A DNA stretch of 64,000 nucleotides. Source: Malacoraja senta. Its lineage: Eukaryota. The stretch covers positions 4,712,001 to 4,776,000 of the forward strand of contig CM075988.1 in the NCBI GenBank assembly GCA_038087875.1. The letters are read 5' to 3'. The notes under the pieces were generated by a model that saw only the letters and a list, made by a program, of their open reading frames with translations, did no database searches and was not told the origin of the DNA. Below, piece after piece: positions 47,840-61,696 of this stretch; position 1 is the stretch's first letter; every line of letters starts with the position of its first letter. Both the position numbers and the translations under genes were made by a program.

Positions 47840-48212
47840 CAGGTCCACCACTGATTTCTGTCACCCTTGGTTCCAGAGCCTTTGCCGGATTATCCGCTTA
47901 CCAGACCAGTTGAACAACACACCACTGACCCACCAGTTACACCCCCTCCCCTGTCTCTAAGATGCAAACAATTATCTCTTTCGGGACGGAGCCATAAGCA
48001 GCGCCATCTGTGGCCACCCAGTGAACTGGTCTGGAGGTCAATAGACAATAGACAATAGGTACAGGAGTAGACCATTCGGCCCTTCGCGCCAGCACCGCCA
48101 TTCAATGTGATCATGGCTGATTATCGCTGGGATTTCACGTGCGCTCTCGGAATTCTTGCCGGATTAAAGGAGGTGCTGGATCATCAGTTGCCGGAAAATC
48201 GACGGAGTTATG
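47840..48212. mobile_element. Tc1/pogo-type MITE with nested CR1 tail
   Basis: TA-flanked, CAGGTCCACC end; family match to 59594-59910; CR1 tail at ~48040-48125. Confidence 0.65.
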
Positions 48213-48826
48213 TACAAGCACCAAAAAGGCAGGACTGGGATTAAATCAGGAGCGTCTACTGACTGGCTTTACTATCTGCCCCTTCTGTGTATTTTCTTTG
48301 AGTGTTAACTACTTGTGTGTAAGCATCTTCACATGGCACCCTGTACTATATATGTATGAGTGAGCAGTACATGCCGTTTCACAATTTGCAAAGCACTCCT
48401 GCAGTCATCAAAGGGCAGTATTGAGGTCAATTCTCTGCTGTTAAAAACTCCAGTGATTATGCAAGGATCCAAGGCAAGCTGGCTAATTGGATATCAACTT
48501 CTCTAATTTAAAGTTACCCTTGCTTACCCTCTCTCTCCACCCCTCTCCATCCAAGTTCTCCGGCCAATCTGACTGGCCCCTTGATTAAATTTTATCTTTG
48601 TATGCTTCGATGTCAGCTTCCCCAAGCTAACAAGCTTGTTAAATTAACAAGCTACGATCTATTATACATTTTCCTTGACCTTCGACGCCTTTGATATCTC
48701 GTTTTCACACCTTACCCATCTATATTTCTGTGTCTCCCTCTCTCCTGACTCTCAGTCTGAAAATGGGTCTCGACCCCAAACCACTCATTTCTTTCATCTA
48801 GAGATGCTGCCGGAACCATTGAGTTA

Positions 48827-49325
48827 AGGCTCTGTCTCACGGTGTTGCGGTCATCGGCGGTGAAGCGCGGTGAAGCGCGGCTTAGCCTGTAGAGGGGACC
48901 GCACGGCAAAGGCGAGAGCGCCGAGGCTATGCCACGGGAGCGCCGCACGGGTGCTGCGCGGGGGCCGAGTGATTTAAGTACGGCTGGTCCCACGAGTTTG
49001 CGGTAAGTTAAAAAAAAGGGCGGGCCGACTGCGATGACGTCATTTCGGATCTGCGGGGCTGTGGCGGCGGCCGTGCTGATCGCGGCGCTGTGGTGGCGGC
49101 TGTGGCGGCGGCCGTGCCGCACTCGTGCCTCACTGGCGGAGGCTGTGCGGTAGGAACATATTTTTGAACAGTGTTGGTTTTATTTTAGCACCGTGCGGTG
49201 TTGGGAACAATGCCGCACGGCCCCGGAATTGTGCGTTTGACCGAGTGCGCGGTCTATGGTGGCCCAGGAGCGGTAGATTCTTCCTGTTTCGCTGCCAATG
49301 ACCGCAGACTCGTGAGACAGGCCTT
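48827..49325. mobile_element. PIF/Harbinger-type MITE, GC-rich
   Basis: TIRs AGGCTCTGTCTCACG / CGTGAGACAGGCCTT; TTA duplicated; splits a Penelope-type repeat at GAGTTA|CTC. Confidence 0.82.
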
Positions 49326-50299
49326 TTACTCTGGCATTTTGTATCTCAATTGTATCCAAAATTGGCTTGGTGATGGAATGCAGAGACTGGAGCTGGAAGT
49401 AGTAAATAGCAGAGTGGACTTGATGGGCCGAATGTCCTAATTCTGCTCCTATAACTTGAGAACTGGTGATTGGATTAGCAGGACTTGTATTTCCTGGAAC
49501 AAAGGAGGCGGAGAGATGACCTGATAGAGGTCTATGTTCATGAGAGGGTAGATAGACAAAATCTTTTTTTTCCCCATGATCGGGGTATCAAATATAAGAG
49601 GTCTAATGGAAGCACAAGAGACTGCACAAGTAGGAAAATGGAGCAGCAAATAACCAGATGGAGGAATTCAGCAGGTTGACGATAGGTTTACGGTGAGAGG
49701 GAGGAGTTTTGAAGAGAATCTGAGTGGTATGTTTATTCAGATAATTGTCGATATTTGGAACATGTTGCCAGAGAATAGGAAGGAATCAAATAAAGGTATA
49801 ATGTTTAAGAGCATTGAGACATATATTTAAAGAAGCAAAGGATTGAAGGATATGGTCCTAATGTGGCCAAATGGGATTAGAAAAAGTCAAGAATTGTCAA
49901 ACTAACAATTAAAATTAAATTCTTACAGCAGCATAACAGGAATTATAAATGCAATACACACTGATAAAATATAACACTTGAAACAATACAATACATTAAT
50001 AACAGCTAAACTAGATAGCTATGATAGTGTAAAAACCAAGGTCCATAACACACGCAAAGGCACATGTCATAGAAGCCCATAGTTGAGGTTGGTTGCTGAA
50101 GTGCATAGTCGCTGTAGGAAAGACACAAAATGCTGGAGTAATTCCGCGAGTCAGACAGCATCTCTGGAGAACATGGAATGGTGATGTTATGGGTCAAGAC
50201 ATTTCTTCAGACTCTGAAGACTCTGAAGTTTGAAGAAAGGTACCCGCACGAAAAGCACCAATCCATGTTCTCCAGGGATGCTGCATGACCTGTTGAATT

Positions 50300-50830
50300 A
50301 CTGTGAGCAAATTTGGGCCCCATATCTGAGGAAGGATGTGCTGCCTCTGGAGAGGGTCCAGAGCAGGTTTACAAGAATGAGTTGGTTAGCATATGATGAG
50401 CGCTTGACAGCACAGGGCCTCTACTCGCTGGAGTTTAGAAGGTTGAGGCAGGACCTCATGGACATCTACAGAATAATGAAAGGCATAGATAGAGAGGATG
50501 TGGAAAGGATGTTTCCATTAGTGGGAGATTCTAGGATCAGAAGTCACAGCCTCAGAATTAAAGGGTGCTTGTTTAGAAAGGAGGTGAGCGGAACCTCTTT
50601 AGTCAGAGGGTAGTTAATCTGTGGGACTCATTGCCACAGAGGGCTGCGGAGGCCAAGTCAGTGGATATATTTAAGGCAGAGATAGACGGGTTTTTGATTA
50701 GAACGGGTGTCAAGGGTTATGGAGAGAAGGCAGGAAATTGGGATTAGGTGGCAGAGATCAGCCATGATTGAATGGCGGAGAGACTCGATGGGCCGAATGG
50801 TCTAATTCTAATCCTATAACTTGTGAACTG
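50300..50830 (+). mobile_element. CR1 LINE 3' end
   Basis: YCEQIWAPYLRKDV..LYSLEFRRLR.DL. Confidence 0.85.
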
Positions 50831-51633
50831 CAACATTCTGTGTCTTTCCTTGTTAAACCAGCATCTACTGTTCTTTGTATCCTCACTGTCAGATCCTCGC
50901 TTGGATCCAAATGTAGTCAACATGCATCAAGGACACTGAGCATAAACATTTTGCTTTATTCATCCGCCATTCCTTTAGATCCTGGCCACACGTGTCCTCT
51001 GACCTTTGTGACTCATAGTAACACGTGATACATTTAAATATATTATGTCAGTTACCATGACACACATAATCACTGCAGTTAGGCACAAATGGCTGGCGTG
51101 GACATGGTGGGTCGAAGGGCCTGTTTCTACATTGTGTTTGACTCACTGACTCTATGTATTAGCCAATTTCACCCAAACCTCTCCGCTCAAGTCTTCCAAT
51201 TAAACAGTGCTTGTCATTATCGATTAAGGATTTTGCCATGAGATATGGGAGCTTGTTTCTCAGAATGTTAATTTTGCTCATTTCAGTTCTACAAAGTGCA
51301 CAGAATGTGGTGACCAATAATGAAAATGTATGAAACATTCCATCATTTGAATAATTTATTTAGAAATTTTAATGTTTCATTGCATAAAAAGGATTTTCAA
51401 TATGGGGATGAAATGTGTGGAAAGTACATTAGTCACAAGGATTTTACAATGCATTGAGCTGATTCCTAACTGTCCCTTCGTCTCTGGTACTCACTTTCCT
51501 AAAACACCATGTCATAACTTTAGCAAATGAAAATCAAATCAAAGACTGCAATTGCTGGAAATCTGAAACAAAAACAAAATGCTGGAAGCACTCAGCAGAT
51601 CAGGCAGCATTTGTGGAGAGAGAAACATAGTTA

Positions 51634-52172
51634 AGGGCCTGTCCCACTTTCACGTGATAATTCACGAATTCTACAGAGTTTTCTCCTGATTCAAACTCGC
51701 AGAATGTTCGTAACGAGTCCGTAGGAGGCCGTAGGAGTTCGTAGATATATCGTAGCGGCTCGTTATGCTAGCCGTAGGTACTCGGGGCATCAGATAAGTC
51801 GGGACGTTTTTTCCAGCCCGATGAAAAATGTCCACGAGCAAAAAAATAGCCGGGATGAAAAAAATTGCAACTTTTTACTCGTAGTTAGTTCGTTGGCAGA
51901 CCGTAGTAGGCCGTGAGAGTACTCGTAGATATTCGTGGGCACTCGTAGATATTCGTGGGTACTCGTAGCTCGGCAGCTGGACAGAGAAAAAAAGGTGAGT
52001 GAAAAAAAAGGCTTAAGTCAACATCAGCACGTGACCTCTGTCACTCCAGTTCGTGAGCGTATTCGTGGAAGGTCGTAGGAGTTTGTGGATTACCAAAATC
52101 TAGATTTTGTTTTTTAGGTCCTTTAAACTCGTCAGAGGTTTTGGATTAAGTCGTGAAAGTGGGACAGGCCCC
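51634..52172. mobile_element. PIF/Harbinger-type MITE
   Basis: TIRs GGGCCTGTCCCACTTTCACG / CGTGAAAGTGGGACAGGCCC; TTA TSD (51631-51633, 52173-52175); TCGTAG-rich interior. Confidence 0.88.
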
Positions 52173-53409
52173 TTACTGTTACAGATTCTGACTCAGAAAC
52201 GGATTCTGACAACGGTTCTGGTTGTGCCAAAGAATCTTTATAATAATAATAATAATAATAATCATTTTATTTACTGGCGCCTTTCTAAAACCCAAGGACA
52301 CCTTACAATGCATAGAATCACAACAAAACAAAAAAAACACATAATCGGAATAAATTCAATAAAAAAACACCACAGTACACAAATCAAGGACAGAATTCAA
52401 TTTCAAAAGCACAAAAAGAAAATAAGAAACACAAGTTTATTCTTGCATCTCCTCTCTCTCCATCTCTCCCACACTCAGGTCTTGCCAGCTTCAAAGTTGT
52501 CTTGTTGAGTCTCAGTGTGTGAACTTGTTCTCACCTCGCCCACGGCTAACAATGGCCTGTCCCCTTTATCATCCTTACTTTGTTGCATATCTTTCATTGA
52601 TTTGTTCTACATCACCGTCTATATCTCTCATTTCCCTTTCCCCTGACTCTCAGTCTGAAGAAGGGTCTCAACCCTAAACTTCACCTATTCCTTTTCTCCA
52701 GAGAAGCTGTCTGATCCGTTGAGTTACTCCAGCTTTTTGTGCCCATCTTTGAAATATTACCTCTTTTGCTTTCCATAGATGTTGCCTGCTTCAGATCCCT
52801 ACAAACAGGTAGATACCTACATCAAGCCCTGAACAGAGGGTCAAAGATAGAACAAGGTGCTGGAGCAACTCATCGGGTCAGGCAGCATCTCTGGAGAAAA
52901 GGAATAGGTGACATTTCGGGTCAAGATATTTCTTCAGACTGAGAGTCAAGAGTGAGGGAAACTAGAGATATGAAGTTACGAAGAACAAATGAATGAAAGA
53001 TATGGAAATAACAAATCAAAGCCAATCAGATGACTCAACCTGACCCGACCCAAAACGCCTATTCCTTTTCTCCAGAGATACTGCCTGAACCACTGAGTTA
53101 CTCCAGCATTTAGTGTCTATCTTCGGTGTAAACCAGCATCTACAGTTCCTGCCTACACATGGATTGTCAAAGATCATTTTACAGTGACATCATCGATCAA
53201 CAATGGCACTGAGTAATAAAAGCCTGATAAATTAAAGTTAGGCATAGGTTAGTAGAGGGATATAACTCATACTTTAGGGTGGCACAGTAGCGCAGCAGTT
53301 GAGTTGCTGCCTTACAGCACCAAAGACTCAGGTTTGATTCTGACAAAGGGTGCTGCCTGTGTGGAGTTTGTACGTTCTCCCAGTGACCGCTACTGTGCTA
53401 CTGTTACTG

Positions 53410-53688
53410 CATAATGCTGTGGGTCTATAAGGCGCTGGCCAAGCCGCATTTGGAATATTGTGAGCAATTTTGGGCACTATATCTGAGGAAGGATGTGCTG
53501 GCTCTGGAGAGGGTCCAGAGGAGGTTTACAAGAATGATCCCAGGAATGAGTAGATTAACCCATGATGAGCATTTGTCGGCACTGGGCCTGTACTCGCTGG
53601 AGTTTAGAACGATGAGGGGAGACCTCATTGAAACATGGAGAACAGTGAAAGGCTTCGAGAGAGTGGATGTGGAGAGGATGTTTCCAGC
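53410..53688 (+). mobile_element. CR1 fragment between V-SINE pieces (duplicate at 56998-57276)
   Basis: YKALAKPHLEYCEQFW..RRFTRMIPGM..GDLIET. Confidence 0.85.
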
Positions 53689-54020
53689 TGCCTTACACTG
53701 CTTACAATGCCAGAGACCAAGGCCACGGGTGTTTGTCTGTACGGAGTTTGTACGTTCTCCCCGTGACCTGAGTGTGTTTTCTCTGAGATCTTCGGTTTCC
53801 TCCCATGCGCCAAAGACGTGAAGGTTTGTAGGTTAATTGGCTTGGTATCATTGTAAAAAATTGTCACCAGTGTAGGTGCGGGGATCCCTGGTCGGTGCGG
53901 ACTCGGTGGGCCGAAGGGCCTGCTTTAAACTAAACTAACTATTGGGGTCAGATACAATATTTTTGGGTTTTAGATTTAGTTTTAGAGATACAGAGCAGAA
54001 ACAGGCCTTTTGGCCACTGA

Positions 54021-55073
54021 AGCCCCTGTCCCACTTTCATGACCTAATTGGTAACCTCTGCCGAGTTTACCCTTGACCCATACTGGCAGCATGGTCACCA
54101 CAAGGTCGTAGGAGGTCTTCGTAACTCTTCCTCATGCTTGTGAGTGGTCTCCGCATACTCGTGGCCTCAAGTAGGTCGCGGCGTATTTTCCAGCCTGATA
54201 AAAAATGTCCATGAGTAAATAAAAGGTCGGAATTCAGATTCAGATTCAGATTCAGAAAACTTTATTGTCTGTCGTAACAGAAAATCTTCTATGGCGTGGC
54301 TCAACATACAAACAGGACAATGTACTGATAAGCAGTCATACAACACAGATTTCTGCGAGCACACACCGTGTGTATAGATCTTAAAAGCAAGTATAAGGAT
54401 TAAAAACTGTAAAAATAGACAAGATGAAAGTTATGGATACGTGTAAAGTGACAGTGCGTCAGGGTTAATTTGTCCATTGTTCATTTTTTATTTAAGCTGT
54501 TTATGGCAATGGGTATGAATGAGTTTTTGTGGATGTTTTTCTTAGATAGGGGGACTTTATATCGGCGGCCTGATGGCAGAAGTTGGAAGGACTTGTGCAG
54601 GGGGTGGGTGGGATCCTGTGTAATGAGGTTGGCTTTCCTTTTAACTGCCTGGGTGTGAAGTACTGATAATTGATTTTGAGTTTGAGATAATTGATTTTGA
54701 GGCATGGAAAAAATTGATACTTTTTACTCGTAGGTAGGTCATAGGTAGGTCGTAGTAGGGAATGATGGTAGTCGTGGGTAGGTCGTAAGTAGTCGTAGGT
54801 AGTCGTAGGTCAGTAACTGGCCCGAGAAAAAAAATGCAAACATGTGATCATTTTCCACTCGTAGCTAGTCGTAGTTGGTCTTAGGTGTGGAAGACTGAGG
54901 TCGAGGGGGGTCGTAGGGGGTCATAGACATAGTTGTAGGAGGTCGTAGACATAGTCGTAGGATGTCGTAAGAGGTCCTTTACTTTGGCGAGTCAACACGA
55001 CCTTGACATTTTTTTCAACTCGTCTAGGGTCTTCTAAACTCGTGGATTAGGTCGTCCAAGTGGGACAGGCCCA
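54021..55073. mobile_element. Harbinger MITE inserted in a V-SINE and containing a Rex-type LINE end (duplicate at 57609-58661)
   Basis: TIRs CCTGTCCCACTT/AAGTGGGACAGG; TGA TSD; nested minus-strand DPTHPLHKSFQLLPSGRRY..SFIP with (TCTGAA)n tail at ~54229-54700. Confidence 0.85.
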
Positions 55074-58000
55074 TGAGTCCACTCCGACCAATGTTCCTGG
55101 AGAAAACCCATGCAGGTCATGGGTACAAACTCAGTCCAGACAGCACCCGTAGTCAGGATCGAATCCCTGTCTCTGGCGCTGTAAGGCAGCAACTCTACCG
55201 CTGCGCCACCGTGCCACCCCTAATGTTTTTTTCTTGTAGACACCACATATGTAAAAACAAATAGCTGCAATTTAAATCCATTGGTGTGACATCCCTTTGA
55301 ATGCCAGCCTGAAATTCAGACAACAGGGCCAGATATATCGTAGCGGCTCGTTATGCTAGCCGTAGGTACTCGGGGCATCAGATAAGTCGGGACGTTTTTT
55401 CCAGCCCGATGAAAAATGTCCACGAGCAAAAAAATAGCCGGGATGAAAAAAATTGCAACTTTTTACTCGTAGTTAGTTCGTTGGCAGACCGTAGTAGGCC
55501 GTGAGAGTACTCGTAGATATTCGTGGGCACTCGTAGATATTCGTGGGTACTCGTAGCTCGGCAGCTGGACAGAGAAAAAAAGGTGAGTGAAAAAAAAGGC
55601 TTAAGTCAACATCAGCACGTGACCTCTGTCACTCCAGTTCGTGAGCGTATTCGTGGAAGGTCGTAGGAGTTTGTGGATTACCAAAATCTAGATTTTGTTT
55701 TTTAGGTCCTTTAAACTCGTCAGAGGTTTTGGATTAAGTCGTGAAAGTGGGACAGGCCCCTTACTGTTACAGATTCTGACTCAGAAACGGATTCTGACAA
55801 CGGTTCTGGTTGTGCCAAAGAATCTTTATAATAATAATAATAATAATAATCATTTTATTTACTGGCGCCTTTCTAAAACCCAAGGACACCTTACAATGCA
55901 TAGAATCACAACAAAACAAAAAAAACACATAATCGGAATAAATTCAATAAAAAAACACCACAGTACACAAATCAAGGACAGAATTCAATTTCAAAAGCAC
56001 AAAAAGAAAATAAGAAACACAAGTTTATTCTTGCATCTCCTCTCTCTCCATCTCTCCCACACTCAGGTCTTGCCAGCTTCAAAGTTGTCTTGTTGAGTCT
56101 CAGTGTGTGAACTTGTTCTCACCTCGCCCACGGCTAACAATGGCCTGTCCCCTTTATCATCCTTACTTTGTTGCATATCTTTCATTGATTTGTTCTACAT
56201 CACCGTCTATATCTCTCATTTCCCTTTCCCCTGACTCTCAGTCTGAAGAAGGGTCTCAACCCTAAACTTCACCTATTCCTTTTCTCCAGAGAAGCTGTCT
56301 GATCCGTTGAGTTACTCCAGCTTTTTGTGCCCATCTTTGAAATATTACCTCTTTTGCTTTCCATAGATGTTGCCTGCTTCAGATCCCTACAAACAGGTAG
56401 ATACCTACATCAAGCCCTGAACAGAGGGTCAAAGATAGAACAAGGTGCTGGAGCAACTCATCGGGTCAGGCAGCATCTCTGGAGAAAAGGAATAGGTGAC
56501 ATTTCGGGTCAAGATATTTCTTCAGACTGAGAGTCAAGAGTGAGGGAAACTAGAGATATGAAGTTACGAAGAACAAATGAATGAAAGATATGGAAATAAC
56601 AAATCAAAGCCAATCAGATGACTCAACCTGACCCGACCCAAAACGCCTATTCCTTTTCTCCAGAGATACTGCCTGAACCACTGAGTTACTCCAGCATTTA
56701 GTGTCTATCTTCGGTGTAAACCAGCATCTACAGTTCCTGCCTACACATGGATTGTCAAAGATCATTTTACAGTGACATCATCGATCAACAATGGCACTGA
56801 GTAATAAAAGCCTGATAAATTAAAGTTAGGCATAGGTTAGTAGAGGGATATAACTCATACTTTAGGGTGGCACAGTAGCGCAGCAGTTGAGTTGCTGCCT
56901 TACAGCACCAAAGACTCAGGTTTGATTCTGACAAAGGGTGCTGCCTGTGTGGAGTTTGTACGTTCTCCCAGTGACCGCTACTGTGCTACTGTTACTGCAT
57001 AATGCTGTGGGTCTATAAGGCGCTGGCCAAGCCGCATTTGGAATATTGTGAGCAATTTTGGGCACTATATCTGAGGAAGGATGTGCTGGCTCTGGAGAGG
57101 GTCCAGAGGAGGTTTACAAGAATGATCCCAGGAATGAGTAGATTAACCCATGATGAGCATTTGTCGGCACTGGGCCTGTACTCGCTGGAGTTTAGAACGA
57201 TGAGGGGAGACCTCATTGAAACATGGAGAACAGTGAAAGGCTTCGAGAGAGTGGATGTGGAGAGGATGTTTCCAGCTGCCTTACACTGCTTACAATGCCA
57301 GAGACCAAGGCCACGGGTGTTTGTCTGTACGGAGTTTGTACGTTCTCCCCGTGACCTGAGTGTGTTTTCTCTGAGATCTTCGGTTTCCTCCCATGCGCCA
57401 AAGACGTGAAGGTTTGTAGGTTAATTGGCTTGGTATCATTGTAAAAAATTGTCACCAGTGTAGGTGCGGGGATCCCTGGTCGGTGCGGACTCGGTGGGCC
57501 GAAGGGCCTGCTTTAAACTAAACTAACTATTGGGGTCAGATACAATATTTTTGGGTTTTAGATTTAGTTTTAGAGATACAGAGCAGAAACAGGCCTTTTG
57601 GCCACTGAAGCCCCTGTCCCACTTTCATGACCTAATTGGTAACCTCTGCCGAGTTTACCCTTGACCCATACTGGCAGCATGGTCACCACAAGGTCGTAGG
57701 AGGTCTTCGTAACTCTTCCTCATGCTTGTGAGTGGTCTCCGCATACTCGTGGCCTCAAGTAGGTCGCGGCGTATTTTCCAGCCTGATAAAAAATGTCCAT
57801 GAGTAAATAAAAGGTCGGAATTCAGATTCAGATTCAGATTCAGAAAACTTTATTGTCTGTCGTAACAGAAAATCTTCTATGGCGTGGCTCAACATACAAA
57901 CAGGACAATGTACTGATAAGCAGTCATACAACACAGATTTCTGCGAGCACACACCGTGTGTATAGATCTTAAAAGCAAGTATAAGGATTAAAAACTGTAA

Positions 58001-59147
58001 AAATAGACAAGATGAAAGTTATGGATACGTGTAAAGTGACAGTGCGTCAGGGTTAATTTGTCCATTGTTCATTTTTTATTTAAGCTGTTTATGGCAATGG
58101 GTATGAATGAGTTTTTGTGGATGTTTTTCTTAGATAGGGGGACTTTATATCGGCGGCCTGATGGCAGAAGTTGGAAGGACTTGTGCAGGGGGTGGGTGGG
58201 ATCCTGTGTAATGAGGTTGGCTTTCCTTTTAACTGCCTGGGTGTGAAGTACTGATAATTGATTTTGAGTTTGAGATAATTGATTTTGAGGCATGGAAAAA
58301 ATTGATACTTTTTACTCGTAGGTAGGTCATAGGTAGGTCGTAGTAGGGAATGATGGTAGTCGTGGGTAGGTCGTAAGTAGTCGTAGGTAGTCGTAGGTCA
58401 GTAACTGGCCCGAGAAAAAAAATGCAAACATGTGATCATTTTCCACTCGTAGCTAGTCGTAGTTGGTCTTAGGTGTGGAAGACTGAGGTCGAGGGGGGTC
58501 GTAGGGGGTCATAGACATAGTTGTAGGAGGTCGTAGACATAGTCGTAGGATGTCGTAAGAGGTCCTTTACTTTGGCGAGTCAACACGACCTTGACATTTT
58601 TTTCAACTCGTCTAGGGTCTTCTAAACTCGTGGATTAGGTCGTCCAAGTGGGACAGGCCCATGAGTCCACTCCGACCAATGTTCCTGGAGAAAACCCATG
58701 CAGGTCATGGGTACAAACTCAGTCCAGACAGCACCCGTAGTCAGGATCGAATCCCTGTCTCTGGCGCTGTAAGGCAGCAACTCTACCGCTGCGCCACCGT
58801 GCCACCCCTAATGTTTTTTTCTTGTAGACACCACATATGTAAAAACAAATAGCTGCAATTTAAATCCATTGGTGTGACATCCCTTTGAATGCCAGCCTGA
58901 AATTCAGACAACAGGGCCAGAATAGCAATCAGCTACCAGTGGCCAAACACTGTGAGAGGGTTCAGATCTGAGAAGAGAATGTTTTGAAATTAAGTTAAGG
59001 ATAAACAGCAAAGGTGTTCATGCAAGCAGACAACTAGTCCAGTGACTAGTCATATCCCACCACAAACTAACTTTGATTTTAAATCTAGTATCTGTCAAAC
59101 TGGCAACATTTTATGAGATAGTCACTAACAAATAGTTGTTCCAATAA

Positions 59148-59560
59148 TAGAAACATAGAAAATAGGTGCAGGAATGGGCCATTCGGTACCTTCGAGCCAG
59201 CACGGCCATTCAATATGATCATGGCTGATCATCCTAAATCAGTACCCCGTTCCTGCTTTCTCCCCACATCCCTTGATTCCGTTAGCCCAACGAGTTAAAT
59301 CTAACTCTCTTGAAAACATCCAGTGAATTGGCCTCCACTGCCTTCTGTGGCAGAGAATTCCACAGATTCACAACTCTCTGGGTTTTCCTCATCTCAGTCC
59401 TAAATGGCCTACCCCTTATTCTTGAATTGTTACCTCTGGTTCTGGACTCCCCCAACATTTGGAACTTTTTTCCTGCATCTAGCCTGTCCAATCCCTTAAG
59501 AATTTATATGTTTCTACAAGATCCCTTCTCATCCCTCTAAATTCCAGTGAATCTAAGCCC
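59148..59560 (-). mobile_element. CR1 LINE 3' end
   Basis: ATAGAAAC tail; LGESRTRG..QRVVNLWNSLPQKAVEA. Confidence 0.88.
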
Positions 59561-59593
59561 TGTTCTTTCATGTTCTAGTTTAGTTTAGAGATA

Positions 59594-59910
59594 CAGATAC
59601 ACCATCGATTTTCCGGTTCCAGAACCTTGCCGGATTATCCATTTTGCCGGACCAACAGAGGTCACTAAATAATAATTCAACAATACACCTCTCACCCACC
59701 AATTATATTTCTCCTGTGTCTCTAAAGCACCAAGGACAGCTAGAAACTTAAATAAAGAATTAACAATTAACAACAAATTAAATAATTAATCATTTCAGGG
59801 CGGAGGCACACATCCCGGAAGAGCGGGTGCGACATGCAATGCCAACATAAATTTGTTCGGATAAAGGAAGTATCGGACCATCAGTTGCTGTAAAATCCGT
59901 GGTGGACCTG
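59594..59910. mobile_element. Tc1/pogo-type MITE inserted in a SINE tail
   Basis: TA|CAG ... CTG|TA; imperfect TIRs; host SINE AGAGATA|CAGC resumes afterwards. Confidence 0.7.
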
Positions 59911-60047
59911 TACAGCTTGGACACAGGCCCTTTGGCCCATCAAGTCCACGCCCACCATTGATCACCCGTTCACACTTGTTCTATATTATCCCACTCTCTC
60001 TACACATTAGGGGTAATTATTCAGAGGCCAAAGTTGCAGGTCTTTGG

Positions 60048-60480
60048 TGTGTAAGAAGGAACTGCCAATGTTGATTTAAACGGCATTGATAGACACAAAA
60101 TACTGGAGTAACTCAGCGGGTCAGGCATCATCTCTGGAGAAAAGGAATAGGTGACTTTTCGGGTGGGAGGTGAAAATGAGTTACAGACAATGAGACTCAA
60201 CCAGACAACTTTGAAGCTGGTTTTGTTGAGTCTCATTGTCTGTAACTCATATTTATCTAGCACATAGCTAAAAATAATCTGTTTCCTTTATCATTGTTAC
60301 TATTTTGCATATCTTTCATTCATGTGTTCAATATCTCTCTACATCACCGTCTATATCTCTCGTTTCCCTTGCCCTGACTCTCAGTTGGAAGAAGGGTTCT
60401 GACCCGAAACGCCACCTATTCCTTTTCTCCAGAGATGTTGTCTGACCCACTGAGTAACCCCAACTTTTGTTGTGTCTATC
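60048..60480. mobile_element. Palindromic Penelope-terminus element
   Basis: Inverted GATAGACACAAAA..GGAATAGGTGAC arms. Confidence 0.75.
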
Positions 60481-61696
60481 ATCTGCATGTCTGTGGGACA
60501 TGGGGGGAAACCGGCTGAAACACTCGCGGCCGCAGGGAGAACGTGCAACCTCCACACCGACGGTACCCAAGGTCAGGATCGAACCCTGGGTCTCTGGCAC
60601 TGTGAGGCAGCAGCTCAACCAGCTGAAGGTAGATATTCTCCATTCTTACCCAGAGCCAGCCATCCCCTCACAATACTGGAGACCAGGACATTATTACCCC
60701 ACTGCACAAGAAGGGAGCAAAGCAGAATAGTGGGAACTACAAGCTGGTTAGAGTAGAATTAATGGGCCGAATCACCCAATTCTACTCCTATCCCTTATGA
60801 CCTTCTGACCTTATTACATCGCAACCCTTCCAACACAATCAATATAAGAATGAGTTCCAGGTTAGTTTATTGTCACGTGTACCGAGGTACAGTGAAAAGC
60901 TTTTGGTGCGTGCTAACCAGTCAGCAGAAAGGCAATGCATGATTACAATCGATCCATTTAGAGTGTACAGATACATGATAAGGAAATAACATTTAGTGCA
61001 AGGTGAAGCAGCAAAGTCCGATCAAGAATGGTCCGTGGGTCATCAAAGACGTAGCACGAAAGCTTTTCACTGGACCTCGGTATAAGTGACAATAAACTAA
61101 ACTGAAACTGAATTTAATTTTCAAAATCAAAGACATCTTGCATATTATGCATATTATCTACTTTCTGTTATTACCTAAAGGGAAGCTTTATTGATTGTAT
61201 TCTGGGGACTGTGTCGTGTTTTGCCTGCCATTGTATCTTTATATATTGTGAAATTGAGCTGTTTAATGGTTCATTTCAAGACTTCAAGTCTTTAAATATA
61301 ACCTCAGTTCACCTTCAAGGAGAGCAATGTGCTTGAGTGAAAGGCGTAAAGATTTGGTTCAGGTGACAAAGGAACACTATTGTTAGTTCCTTGGAATTAA
61401 ACTAATGTTCAGGAATACTGAGTATTCACAAGTTGTTTGTCACAGAAGTACCCCTCTCAGACTGTTTGAAGGAGTGAATAGCACCTACAAAACCATGAGA
61501 TTGACATCAAGTATAGGCTCCACCAAAGATAATTTGACCTAACTATGTCAGACTAACAATGTCAGATGCTGGCTTATACCAAAAATAGACACAAAGTGCT
61601 GGAGTAATTCAACGGGTCAGACAGCTTCACCGGAGAAAAAGGATAGGTGACGTTTCGGGTCGGTGATGATCCGAAATGTCATCTATCCTTGCCGCT

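Larger units (their letters stand above)
51743..58918. repeat. Tandem duplication, 2 x 3,588 bp (51743-55330; 55331-58918)
   Basis: Nine ORFs recur identically at offset 3588; AGA microhomology at the junction. Confidence 0.97.

Noticed and set aside
52107..52508. 133-aa ORF with poly-Asn, present twice
   Set aside because: Crosses a MITE end and an (AAT)n repeat; the second copy is only due to the tandem duplication.
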